Positions 51,122 to 62,953 of a DNA stretch of 64,000 nucleotides are shown here, piece by piece; positions within the stretch are counted from its first letter, which is position 1, and each line of letters opens with the position of its first letter. The stretch is from Narcine bancroftii (lineage: Eukaryota), in assembly GCF_036971445.1 (NCBI RefSeq), contig NC_091470.1, positions 139,934,001 through 139,998,000 on the forward strand. Direction: 5' to 3'. Made by a program: the position numbers and the translations under genes. The notes beneath the pieces are model-generated. The model did no database searches. It was not told where the DNA came from and was given only the letters and a program-made list of their open reading frames with translations.

Positions 51122-53549
51122 GGACCACTCCATAAAGACCCTCGAGTGCTGCTCTGTTGATCTGGCTGTGGGGGGGGTTGAGGGGGCAGACAATCAACAG
51201 GTTCAGGCTCCTGGTCATGACCAAACTCTGTGGCCCGGACCTTGGCTTAGATTTCCAGTGCCACCTTCTCCTTCAGTGGGCTCCTACCCCTGCTCATGCT
51301 CCACAGCATGCCATCCGACCAGGCCTGGCCCACCTGCGGCCTCTCCACACTGCTCATCAACCTCCTGCCCTCTTTTCCTACCTCAAATCAATAGCGGCCA
51401 AAAGCAGGCACTATTGTGCAGCCGATAGGGAATTCATTAAAGTGGAATAATCCAGCTTCTGACGGAGGGTGTCATAGAACCCAGCACCAGCCCATGGAGA
51501 GCCCAATTCGTGGTGGTCAAAGAGGGCAGCAAACCGAGAATGGTCATAGACTACAGTCAGACCATTAACCGGTAAACCTAGCTGGATGCCTACACCTTAC
51601 CCAGGATAGCTGACATGGTCAATGAGAAAGCCCGCTACAGGGTCTTCTCCACAATCGACCTGAAAGTCAGCCTATCACCGGCTTCTGATCCATGCACGGG
51701 ACAAGTCCTATACCATCTTCGAGGCAGGCGGGTGTCTTTACCAGTTCTGCCGAGTTCCGCTTGGGATCACTTCCAGTCGACCGGATGGTCGACTTCCAAA
51801 AGCTGAGAGTGACCTTCTCATATCTGGACAATGTCACCATGTGCGGCCACGATCAGCAGGACCTCGATGCCAACCTGGAGAGATTCTTCCAGACGGCTGA
51901 GGAGCTGAACCTCACATAACAAAGAGAAGTGTGTGTTCAGCACCACCCGCCTTGCCATCTGGGGTATATTGTGGCACATGGTGTCATCGGCCTAGGTCCA
52001 GAGCCTATGCGCCTGTTAGAGGAGGTACCCCTCCCACACACGCTCAAGGCCCTCTGCAGGTGCCTCGGCCTCTTTTATTACTACTCCCAGTGGATTCCTG
52101 CTTCTCGGACATGGCTAGCCCAGTGGCCCAGGCCACCACCTTTCCTCTCCCACCTGAGGTGCAGGCAGCCTTTATCCGCATCAGGCAGGACATCGCAGAT
52201 GCCACGATGCATTCAGTGGATGAGGACTCCCTGTTTCAGGTGGAGTGTGATGCCTCCGATGTGGCCCTTGGCACCACCCTCAACCAAGGAGGGCACCCGG
52301 TCACATTCTTTTCCAGGACCCTCCATGGCTCTGAGCTAGGGCACTCCACCATTGGAATGGAGGCCCAAGCGATTGTGGAAGTGGTCCACCATTAGCGCCA
52401 CAACTTGACCGGCAGGAGGTTCACCCTTCTCACTGACCAGTGGGCCGTGGCATTCATGTTCAACACCACCCACGGCGGAAAGATCAAGAACGATAAGATC
52501 TTGCGCTGGAGAGTCGAGCTGGCAATGTTCAGCTATGACATCCAGTATCATTCGGGATGTTTAATGGCTCTCCTGACGCCCTCTCCCGGTCCTGTGCATC
52601 GGCCCAGGCTGACCAATTGCAGGCACACCACGAGTCCCTCTACCACCCAGGCATCATCTGCCTCTATCATTTTATCAAATCCTAGAACCTCTCATACACT
52701 GTTCTGGACCATGACTGAGGCATGTCGGGTCTGCACGGAATGCAAGCTTCACTTCTTCCACCACTCCAGGCCCACATTGTGAAGGCCACGTGGCCATTTG
52801 AATGCCTCAATATGCTCCTCAAGGGCTCCCTGCCTTCTACGAAGTGGAAGGTCTATTTCCTCGTCGTGATAGATGAGCACACCCATTTTCCTTTCGCCAT
52901 CCCGTGCCTAGACACCTCCACAACCACCGTCATCAGGGCACTGACACAGATCTTCACTCTGTTCGGCTACCCCACATGCATCCACAGCAATCAGGGGTCC
53001 AGCTTCGTGAGTGAGGAGATGCGCCAGTATCTGGCAGCGAGTGGCATCGCAACTAGTCACATGACTAGTTACAACCCAAGAGGTAATGGGCAGGTGGAGC
53101 ACGAAAACGAGGTGATCTGCAAGGCAGTTCTCCTGGCCCTAAAGTCAAAAGACTGGTATGCGGACTACTGGCAGGGGGCCCTCCTTGAGGTGCTCCAGGC
53201 CAGCAGGTCGCCCCTATGCACGGCTACCAATGAGATCCCCCACAAATGCTTGTTTTCATTCCCCAGAAAATCGGCACTGGAATCTCTCTCCCAGCATGGC
53301 TCGCTGACCTGGGACTAGTGCTCCTATGTAAACACGTACGGGCCCAGAGGAAGATCACTGGAGGACAGTCCAAACCTGCCCGGATGTCCATCAACTGCTC
53401 AGGATATAATCCTGAGCTGGCTCCTCCCGAGACAGTCAATTGGGAGTCACGAGTACAGCAACCAGGTGACAGAGACTTTGAACTGAAAAAAGCTGGTTAT
53501 ACTCAAGTTTTATGACTGCTCAAACGCTGCAGCAGTTCATCAATCTTTG

Positions 53550-56500
53550 CCACTCTCTCCCTCTCCCTCTCTCCACCCCCTCTCCTGCTCTCTCCACCTC
53601 CCTTTCCCTCTCTCCCCTCTCCCTCTCTTTCCCCCTTCCATCTCACTCTCCCTATCTCCCCCTTTCCCCATCCTCTCTCAACCTCCCTCTCCCCTCTACA
53701 CCACTCTCTCCCCTCCCCTCCACCACCTCCCGCTCCATGCCCCTCCCCCTCTCTCCACCTCACTCTCTTCCCCACTCTCTCCACCTCCCTCTCCCCCTCT
53801 TCTTCCCTCTCCCACCACTCTCCAAATCCCTCTCCCTTCCCCTCTCTCCCCCACTCTCTCCACCTTCCTCTCCCTCTCTCTCCACCTCCCTCTCTCTCCA
53901 CTTCCATCTCTCTCTCAACCTCTCTCCACCTCCCTCTCCCTCTCTCCCCTCTCCATCTCCCTCTCTCCCCATTCTCTAACTCCCTCCCCTTCCCCCACTC
54001 TCTCACCCCTCTCTCCACCTCCCTCTCCCCCATCTTTCCACCTCCCTCGCTCCACATCACTTTCCCTCAATCCCCCCTCACTACCTCCTTCTCCCTCTCT
54101 CCACCACCCTCTCTCCACCTCCCTCTCCTTCACTTCCCCCTCTCCCCAACTCTGCCCCCCCACTGTCCACCTCCCCCTCCCTCTCTCCCCCTCACTCAAC
54201 AACCCTCTTGCACTCTCACCCCCATGTCCACATAATTTTCCCTCAATCCCCCCTCTCTACCTCCTTCTCCCTCTCTCCCCCACCTCTCTCCACTTCCCTC
54301 TCCCTCCTCTCGCCAGCTCCCTCTCCAACTCCCTCTCCCTCTCGCTCCCCTCTGCACCTCCCTTTCCCATCCCCTCTCCAGCATCGTCTTTCTCTCTCCT
54401 CCTCCCTCCCCTCTCTCCACCTCCCTCCCTTTCTGCCCCCACTCTGTGCCTTCCTTTTCCCCACCTCGCTCTCACCCTCCCCCTCTCCACGTCCATCACC
54501 CTCTCTCCCCCACCGCTCTCTTCCCCCCCACCCTCTCACTCCCCTTCTCTCACCCTCTCACTGTCTCCCCCTCTCCCTCTCCTTCCCTCCCACTCTCTCT
54601 CACCTCTCAGCTCCTCTCTCAACCTCCCTCTCGCCCTCCCCCTTTCTCCCCCTCTCCACCTCTGCCCCTCTCTCCAACTCCCTCCCTCTCTCACCACCTC
54701 TCTCCACCTCCCTCTCCCTCTCTTCCCTCTCTGCACCTCCATTTTCCTCTATCTCACTTTCCTCTCCATCTCTCCTGTTCTCTCTCTCCTCTCGCACCCT
54801 CTGTCCCTCTCCCTACTTCTTTCCATCTATCCTCTCTCTCCACCTCCCTCTCCCTCTCTCCTCCTCCTTCTTTCCCCCTCTCACCCCCTCCCTCTGTCTC
54901 CCTTCCTCTCTCCCCCACCTTCACCGTCTCTCCCCTGACTCCACCTCCCTCTCTCCTCTCTCTCTCCACCTCTCCCCCATGTCCACATCACTTTCCCTCA
55001 ATCCCCCCTCTCTACCTCCTTCTCCCTCTCTCCCCCACTCTCTCCCATCTCTCCGCTCCTCTCTCCCTCCCTCTCTCCAACCTCCCCCTCCCCCCTCTCC
55101 ATCTCTTTCTCCCTCTCTCCAACTCCCTCTCCATCTACTACTTCTCTATCCACTTCTCTCTCTCCACCTCCCTCTCCCTCTCTCCCCATTCTCTCCCCCA
55201 TCCACCTCCCTCTACCTCTCTCCAGCTCCCTCTCCCTCTCTCCACCTCTTTCCTTCCCCCCCTCTCACCCACTCTCCCTCTGTCTCCCTTCCTCTCTCCG
55301 CACCTTCACCGTCTCTCCCCTGACTCCACCTCCCTCTCTCCTCTCTCTCTCCACCTCTCCCCCATGTCCACATCACTTTCCCTCAATCCCCCCTCTCTAT
55401 CACATTCTCCCCCTCTCCCCCACCTCTCTCCACCTCCCTTTCCCTCTCTCCCCTCTCTGCACCTTCATCTTCCTCTATCTCACCTCCCTCTCCATCTCTC
55501 CTGCTCTCTCTCCTCTCGCACCCTCTGTCCCTCTCTCCCCATCTCTCCACCCCCCACTCCCTCTCTCCCCCACTCTCCACCTCCCTCTCCCTCTCGCCCC
55601 CCTCTGCACCGTCCTCTCCATCTCTCACCTTCTCATTCTCTCCCGCTCTCCCCCCCACTATCTCCCATCTCTCCACTCCTCTCTCCACCTCCCTCTCGCT
55701 CTCCCCCCTCATCATCTCCCTCTCCCCTCCCCCCTCTCCATCTCCCTCTCCCTCTCTACCACCCTCTATCCACTTCCCTCTCTCCACCTCCCTCTACCTC
55801 TCTCCACCTTCTTTCCCCCTCTCCCACTCTCCAACTCCTTCTCCCTCTCTCCACTTCCCTCTTCCTCTCCTCCATCTCCCCTCCCCCGCATCACCTCCCA
55901 CTCCCTCTCCCCCTCTCACCACCTCCCTCTCCCTCCCCCCACTCCCTCCCCCCTCTTCAACTCCCTCTCTCTATCTCCAACTCCCTCCATCTACCACCCT
56001 CTATCCACTTCACTCTCCCAACTCTCTCCACCTCCTCTCTCTGCCCCTCTCTCCAACTCCCTCTCCTTCTCCCTTCTCTCCACCTCCCTCTCCCCCTCTC
56101 CCCATCCACCTCCCTCTACTTCTCTCCACCTTCTTTCCCCCACTCTCCAACTCCTTCTCCCTCTCTCCACCTCCACCTCCCTCTCCCCTCCCCCTCATCA
56201 TCTCCCTCTCCTCCCCTCTCACCACCTCCCTCTCCCTCTCCCCCTCCCCCTCTCCAACTCCTTCTCCCTTTCTCCCCTTTCTCCACCTCCTCCCTCTCTC
56301 CCCATCTCTCCCCAACTCCCCTGCTCTCACCCTTCTCTCCCCCTCTCCCCTCCTCTCTTCAGCACCCTCTCCCTCTCTCCCCACTACTCTCCTCCTCCCC
56401 TTTCTGTCCACCTCCCTCTCCCACCTCTCTCCACCTCCCTCTCCCTCTCTCTCTCTACTTCTACCCCCACACTCTCCACCTCCCTCTATCACCTCTCACC

Positions 56501-59500
56501 ACCTCCCTCTACCCCATCTCTCCCCTCTCCTTCTCTCTCCCATCTCTCCTCCCCTCTCTCCACCTCCCTCTCTCTCTCTCCCCAATCTCTCACCAAGTCT
56601 CCAGCTCTCACCACCCTCTCCCCCACTCCCCCACTCCCATCCTCTCTCCATCACCCTTTACCTCTATCCACAACACTCTCCTCCTCTCTCCACCTCCCTT
56701 TCCCTCTCTTCCACCTCTCTCCACTTCCCTCTCTCCTGCCTCTCTCTACCTCCCTCTCCCTCTCTCGCCCTCCCTTCCCCCTTTCTCCCTCTCTCCCCTC
56801 TCCACCTCCCTCTCCCTCTCTCCCCTCTCCTCTCCCCTCTCCTCTCCCCTCTATCCCTCTCTCCCTACCTCTCTCCACCTCCCTCTTTCTCTCCTTCTCT
56901 CTCCACCTCCCACTCCCTTAACCCCCTCTCTCCACCTCCCTCTCCCTCTCCCCCATCCAACTCTCCTCCTCCTCCCTCTCCCTTTCTCCCCACCTCTCTG
57001 CTCCTACCTCTCCCTATCTCTCCCCCACTCTCTCAAAACCCTCTCTCCACCCAACTCTAGCTCTCTCCACCTAACTCTAGCTCTCTCCACCTAACTCTAG
57101 CTCTCTTCACCTCTCTCCCCCTCTCTCCACCTCCATCTGCCTCTCTCTCCCCACTCTCTTCACCTTCCTCCCTCCCCTCTCTCCCTCTTTCTCCTCCCTC
57201 TCCGTCTCTCTCTCTAACCATCCCCTGGCTCTCTCCCATCACTCGGCACCTCGCCCTCTCTCCACAACCCTCTCCCTCTTACTCCACTTCTCTCCCCCCT
57301 CACTTTCTCCCCCTGTCCCTCTCTCCCCCTCTCTCCCCCTCTCTCCCTCTCTCCACCTCCCTCACTCTCGCTCTCCATCTCCATCCCATCTCTCCTCCTC
57401 CCTCTACTCCTTCTCTCCAACCCTATGCCTCTCTCCACCTCCCAATCACCCCTCCACCGATCTCTCCCCTCTCCTCAAATTTCCACACCATGTCTCCCCA
57501 TTATCTCCAACTACCTCTCCCTCTCTCTCCCCCTCTCTCCACCTTCCTCTACCTCTCTTCCTCTTCTCCACCTCCATCTCCCTCTCTCTCCCCATCTCCC
57601 CTCTCTCCAACTCCCTTTACCTCTCTCCCACCTCACTCCACCACCCTCTCTCTACTTTCCCTATCTCTCCAGCTCCTTCTCCCTCTCTGCCCACCTATTT
57701 CCTCCTCAGTCCACTCTCTCCCCCTCCCCTCCTCTCTCCAACTCCCTCTCCCCATCCCTTCCCCCCTCTCACTAACTCCCCTTCTCTCCCCCTCACTGTC
57801 CCCTTTCCCTCTCCCTCTCCCTCTCGCTCCCATCTCTCCATCCCCCTCTCCACCTCCCTCTCCCTCTCCCATTTCCCTCTCTTTCCCCCCTCTCCACCTC
57901 CCTCTCCCTCTCCCATTTCCCTCTCTTTCCCCCTCTCCACCTCCCTCTCCCTCTCTCCCCCTCCCTCTCCCTCTCTCTCAGTCCTCTCTGACACTCTATC
58001 CCCCTCTATCCCTCTCTCCACCTCCCCTTTCCTCTCTCCCCTCTATCCACCTCCCTCTCCCTCTATCCCCCACTGCCTCTCTCCTCTCTGACACCTTTCT
58101 CTCCCCATCTCTCCCTCTCCCCACTCTTTCCACCTCCCTTTGCCTCTCTCCCCCATCTCTCCACCTCCATCTCCCGCTCTCCCCCTCCAACTCCTTCTCC
58201 CCCTTCTGCCATTCTCTCCTACCCTCCCCACCTCCCTCTTCCCCCTTTCTCCACATCCCTCTCCCTCTGTCCCCTCTCTCCCCTCACCCTCTCCTTGCCC
58301 TCTCTCTCCTCCCTTTCCCTCTCTCACCTCATCTTTCCACCTCCCTCTATCCCCCTCTCCTCTCTCCCTCTCTCCCCACTCAGTCTCCCCCTTTCTACCC
58401 ACCTCACTCCATCTCTCTCTCTCCCCACCCTCTACACCTTTCTACACCTCCTCCTTACTCTCTCCCCCTCTCTACACCTTCTTCTCCCACTCTCCCCCTC
58501 CTCCTCTCTCCCCTCTCCCTCTTTTTCTCTCCTCTTTCCACCCTCTCCCTCTCCTTCCACCCCTCTCCTTCTCTCACTCCTCTCTGACCCTTCCCCCCTT
58601 TACCCCCTCTCCCTGTCTCCACCCTCACCCCTCTATCCACCTCCCTCCCTCCCTCTCTCCTCCCCCTCTCTCACCCCTCTTTGATCCTCTCTCCCCTCTC
58701 CATCTCTCCCCCCTCAAGCCACCTCTCCCCCTCTATATCCCCTCCCTCTCTGCCACCCACACTCTCCACCTCCCTCTCTCCCCACCTCTCTGTCCACCTC
58801 TCTCCCCCTGTCTCCCCTTCTCTCCACCTCCCTCAATCTCTCCGTCCCTCTCTCCCTCCTCTGTCCACCTTCCTCTCCCTCTCTCCCCCTCTCTCCCCAT
58901 TTCTACTCCCATCACTCCACCTCCCTCTCTCCCCACCCTCTCCACCCCTCTCTCCACCCCCCTCTCCCCCTCTCTCCACCTCCCTATCCCTCACCCCCTC
59001 TATCCACCTCCCTCTCCCTCTTACCCCCTCTCTCTCTCCTCTGTCTCTTCATCTGTCTCTCCCCCTCTCTCTTCCTCCACCTCCCTCTCACTCTCTCCCC
59101 CTCCCTTTCCCTCTCTCCCCATCTCTCTACCTCCATCTCCCTCTCCCTTCCCCATTCTCTCCCCCTCCAGCTCCCTCTCCCCTTTTCTCCACATTCCTCT
59201 CCCTCTCTATTCCACTCTCTACCCCACTCTCCACTCTCTCCCCTTCTCCCTTTCTCCCCTTTCTCTCCTCTCCTCTCCCTCCCTCCTCCTCTCTCCTTCT
59301 CTCCCTCTCTTCCCTCACTCTCTCCTCTTCTCTCTCCCTTTCTCCCCTCTCTTTATAAACCTCTCTCTTGCTCTCTCTCCCTCCCCTCTCTCTCCTCCTT
59401 TCTCCCTCCCTCCCCTCTTTCTCCCTCTCTCTCCCCTTACCCCTCTCACCATCTTTCTCCCTCTCTCCTTCTTTACCCCTTTCTCCCTCACCCTCTCTCC

Positions 59501-60236
59501 CCTTCCTCTCTCCTTCTTTCCCCTCTCTCCCTCTATCCCTCTCTCTCCCTCTCTCCCCTCTCTCTCCATGTCTCTCCCTTTCTCTATCCCTCTCTCACCC
59601 CCTTTCTCCCTCCTCTATCCCCCTCTCTCCCTCTCCCTCTCTCAATTTGTCTTCCTCTCTCTTCCTCTCTCTCCCCCTCTTTCTCCCTCTTTCCCTCTCT
59701 CCCTCTTTCCCTCTCTCTCCCTTTCTTTTTCTCTCCCTCTCTCCCCTCTATCCCAATCTCTGCCCCTCTCTCTCCCCCTCTCTTACTTTCTTTCTCTCTC
59801 CCCCTCTCTCTTTTCCCCCTTATCTGTCTCTCTCCCCTTTCTCCCCCTCTCCCCCTCTCACTTTCTCTCCCTCTCTCTTGCTTTCTCTATCCCTCTATCC
59901 CTCTCTCTCCCTCAATCTTCCTCTCACTTTCTTTCCCTCTCTCACTTTCTCTCTCCCGTATCCCTCTATCTCCCCTCTCTCCCCCTTTCTCCCTCACTAT
60001 CTCCCCCTCTCACTTTCTTGCCCTCTCTTTCCCATTATCCCTCTCTCTCTCCTCTCTCCCTTGCTCTCTCACCTTCTCTATCCCTCTCTCTCCCTCTCCC
60101 CTCTCTCCCTCTCTCTCTCCCACTCTCTCCCCCTGTCTCTCCCCTTTCTCTCCCCCTCCCTCACTCACCCTCAACTTTTCTTTCTCTCTCCCTCATTTCC
60201 CCTCTCTCACCCCCTCTTCCTTCCCACCCCCTCTCT
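53550..60236. repeat. ~6.7-kb CT-rich polypyrimidine tract
   Basis: Near-pure C/T with recurring CTCTCCACCTCCCTCTC motifs. Confidence 0.97.
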
Positions 60237-60239
60237 CTA

Positions 60240-60316
<77 letters not shown>

Positions 60317-60317
60317 C
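60237..60317. repeat. (TATC)n / GATA microsatellite
   Basis: About 19 perfect units. Confidence 0.98.
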
Positions 60318-60399
60318 TGGCTCGACCTGTTCCAGATCCAGCTGCTAAACTGTAGAACTGAATTCTCGAGGCTTGTCTTGTTCTAGTGCCAGCTGCTGA

Positions 60400-60550
60400 A
60401 ATGGGGTATAGTACAGACTAGAAGGGCCGAATTGTCCTTTTTCTGCACTGTAATTTTTATAGGGTAAATGGAATGAGGTGGGAGAAGGGGTTCAGCATGG
60501 ACTAGAAAAGCTGAACTGGCCTGTTTCTGTGCGGTAATTGTTATATGGTC
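60400..60550 (+). mobile_element. Two short CR1 3' tails
   Basis: GACTAGAA..CCTGTTTC..TAATTGTTATATGG, as at 9220-9270. Confidence 0.65.
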
Positions 60551-60874
60551 CACCATCTGTAATTGATCAAGATTTGCTTTTATTGAATATGAAGGGTCTC
60601 AGATGTTTTCATGATACCTGCCTCATGTTTTTGAAGCTAATATAATTTTCCTCTAAAACATTTTGTAAGATACGTACAGTTGAGTATGCTTTCAAATGTC
60701 ACTTTTTCCACTTTCCTTGATACCACATCAGACTGAAGTCACGGATAAAATATTGAGTTTCATCTACTTTCAGAAGCAACAATTTATGAATTGATCCTGA
60801 AAATACGGCCAATGATTTCTGATAAAGTTATGAATGAATGGGAAAGAGATGATTCAGGTACCTTTATTTATAGA

Positions 60875-61620
60875 TAAACCATATAAACCATATCTGTGAC
60901 AGATACCCTTACTGATAGGGAGGTGGGTAACATTCTCCCATGGGTTAAAACTTCTTTGATATGTACTAGACACTTTCTGATACAGTTTAAAGTAGCCCAT
61001 CTGTCCAAGGACAAGATAGCTCGCTGTTATCCCCATATAAACCCTATCTGTGACAGATACCCTTACAGATAGAGACACAGGAACATTCTCCAATTCATTA
61101 AAACTTTGTTGATATGTGCTCGATGCTCTCTGATACAGTTTAAGATGGCCCATCCATCCAAGGACAAGATAGCTGGTTGTTACCCCCATATAAACCTTGT
61201 CTGTGACAGATACCCTTACAGATAGAGACATGGGGGAACATTCTCCAATTCATTAAAACTTTGTCGATATGTACTCGACACTGATACAGTTTAAGGTGGT
61301 TCATATGTCCAAGAACAAGTCAGCTTATTGTTCCTCCCAAATAAACCCTACCTGTTATGGATGTCATTCTGAGGCGGCTTCCCGGTCCCGATATCGGAAA
61401 GACCTTTCAGATATTACTTCAGCAGTATCCCTCATTGACCTCCAACCTCATGTCATCACTGCACATTTGGGGTGACCCATTTTGGTCTCTGGCCCATTCT
61501 CCGCTTCACCTCGTCATGCGATTGCATTTGTGACTTTAATAGTTCAACTCAAGAAGGAAAGGCCCTAAACTGACGAGGTTGTTTCGATGGTTTTCCCAAA
61601 TGATCGTGTTTAAATTTAGA
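60875..61620 (+). mobile_element. Old L1 ORF2 3' fragment with a ~154-bp tandem amplification
   Basis: TCTGTGACAGATACCCTTAC at 60893, 61047 and 61200; peptide LIQFKVVH..INPTCYGCHSE. Confidence 0.75.
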
Positions 61621-61764
61621 AAAAAAATATTTTAATGCGTTTAACTTCTATTCTAACATATTTATGTAAATATGTTCCTTAGTCCTGGTGAAATGCTATC
61701 TCGTCTTTCACCGTGCGGTTATTGTCTGAACGATAAATGAAGATGGCTTGACTTGATTTGAGTT

Positions 61765-62105
61765 GAGATGCTCATGTCCCACCAGCAGAGGGTGCAGGGA
61801 ATTGATATTCTATGGTCACTTCCCGCAACCAGGGGGTGCAGGGGATTGAGATGCAATGTTCATGCCCTGCCACCATGGGGGAAGGGGCAGGGGTTTTAGA
61901 TGCAATACTCACGTCCCACCACCAGGAGGTAAGGAAAACGAGGTGCGCCACTCAAGTCCCGCCAGCAGGGGATGCAAGTGATTGAGATGCAATGCTCGGG
62001 TCCTGCCAGCAGGCGGTGCAGGCGATTGAGATGCAGTGCTCACGTCCCGCCAGCAGGGGTGCAGGGGATTGAGGTGCAAAGATCACTTCCCACCGCCAGG
62101 AGGCC
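61765..62105. repeat. Degenerate ~41-43-bp minisatellite
   Basis: Repeated GAGATGCAATGCTCACGTCCCGCCAGCAGGGGTGCAGGGGATT. Confidence 0.8.
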
Positions 62106-62129
62106 AGGAGACAATCTGGATGATACTTT

Positions 62130-62600
62130 GGTAAATGGATATGCAAGTTTGCAGATGACGTGAAGATCGGAGGCATTGTGGCCAGCGAGGAAGGCTTTTG
62201 GAGCTTGCAGAGAGATCTGGACAGGCTGGAGAAATGGGCTTCAAATTGGCAGATGGGGTTTAATGCAGACAAGGGCGAGATGATGGACGGACCAAGACCG
62301 CACATCAACGGTGGACAGTTTGGCCCTGAAGAGGGTGGTTGGACATAGGGGATCCAAGAAAATGCAGAGACATCGTTCCCTGAAAGTAGCGTCATGGGGT
62401 GGGGTGGGTGGATGTACAGGGACGTGGAGAGAGCTTTTGGGACATTGGCCTTCATAAATCAGATCATCGAGTCCAGGGTGTTCTCATGAAGTTCTACAAG
62501 ACATCGGTGAGGCCGAATCTCATGCTTTGTGTGCAGTTTTGGTTACCAAATGACAGGAAAGAGCATAATCAGTTAGAAAGAAGGCAGCGAAGGTTCAACA
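62130..62600 (+). mobile_element. CR1 RT fragment
   Basis: KFADDVKIGG..LQRDLDRLEKWASNWQMGFNADK; VRPNL..CVQFWLP. Confidence 0.85.
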
Positions 62601-62811
62601 GGTTCGGGACTGAAGATTTACTGGGATGTTGCCCGGACGTCAGGGACTGAGTTACAGGGAAAGGGTCGACAGGTTCGGGACTTTATCCCCTGAAGATTTA
62701 CTGAGATGTTGCCCGGACGTCAGGGACTGAGTTACAGGGAAAGGGTCGACAGGTTCAGGACTTTATCCCCTGAAGATTTATTGGGATGTGGCCCGAATTG
62801 CAGGGACTGAG
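62597..62811 (+). repeat. 80-bp CR1-derived minisatellite (second locus)
   Basis: TGAAGATTTA at 62611, 62691 and 62771; unit near-identical to that at 18783-18981. Confidence 0.9.
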
Positions 62812-62859
62812 ACGGGAGAGAGATTGGGAGAGTGTGGGGTGAGAGGGGAATAGATATAT

Positions 62860-62953
62860 TCATTCCATCCATTCATCCGTCCGTCCGTCCGTCCATCCAT
62901 CCATCCATCCATCTCCTGCTATGTATTAATCTTTCTATCTGTCCATCCATCCA
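62860..62953. repeat. (TCCA/TCCG)n microsatellite
   Basis: Direct inspection. Confidence 0.85.

Larger units (their letters stand above)
34092..53540 (+). mobile_element. Degraded Gypsy element (5' LTR to 34331, gag from 34360, pol 50254-53350, LTR-like end ~53350-53540) hosting the ERV
   Basis: Both ends share GGATATA..CCTGAGC..CAGAGACTTTGAACTGAA..CTCAAGTTTT, though divergent. Motifs: PR CLFTSGSTESFI, RT FSTIDLK/YLDN, RH VECDAS, IN YNPRGNGQVE. Confidence 0.8.

Noticed and set aside
53503-60386. Pro/Ser/Leu-rich and Gly/Glu/Arg-rich ORFs (extensin-like)
   Set aside because: They are translations of CT/GA low-complexity DNA.
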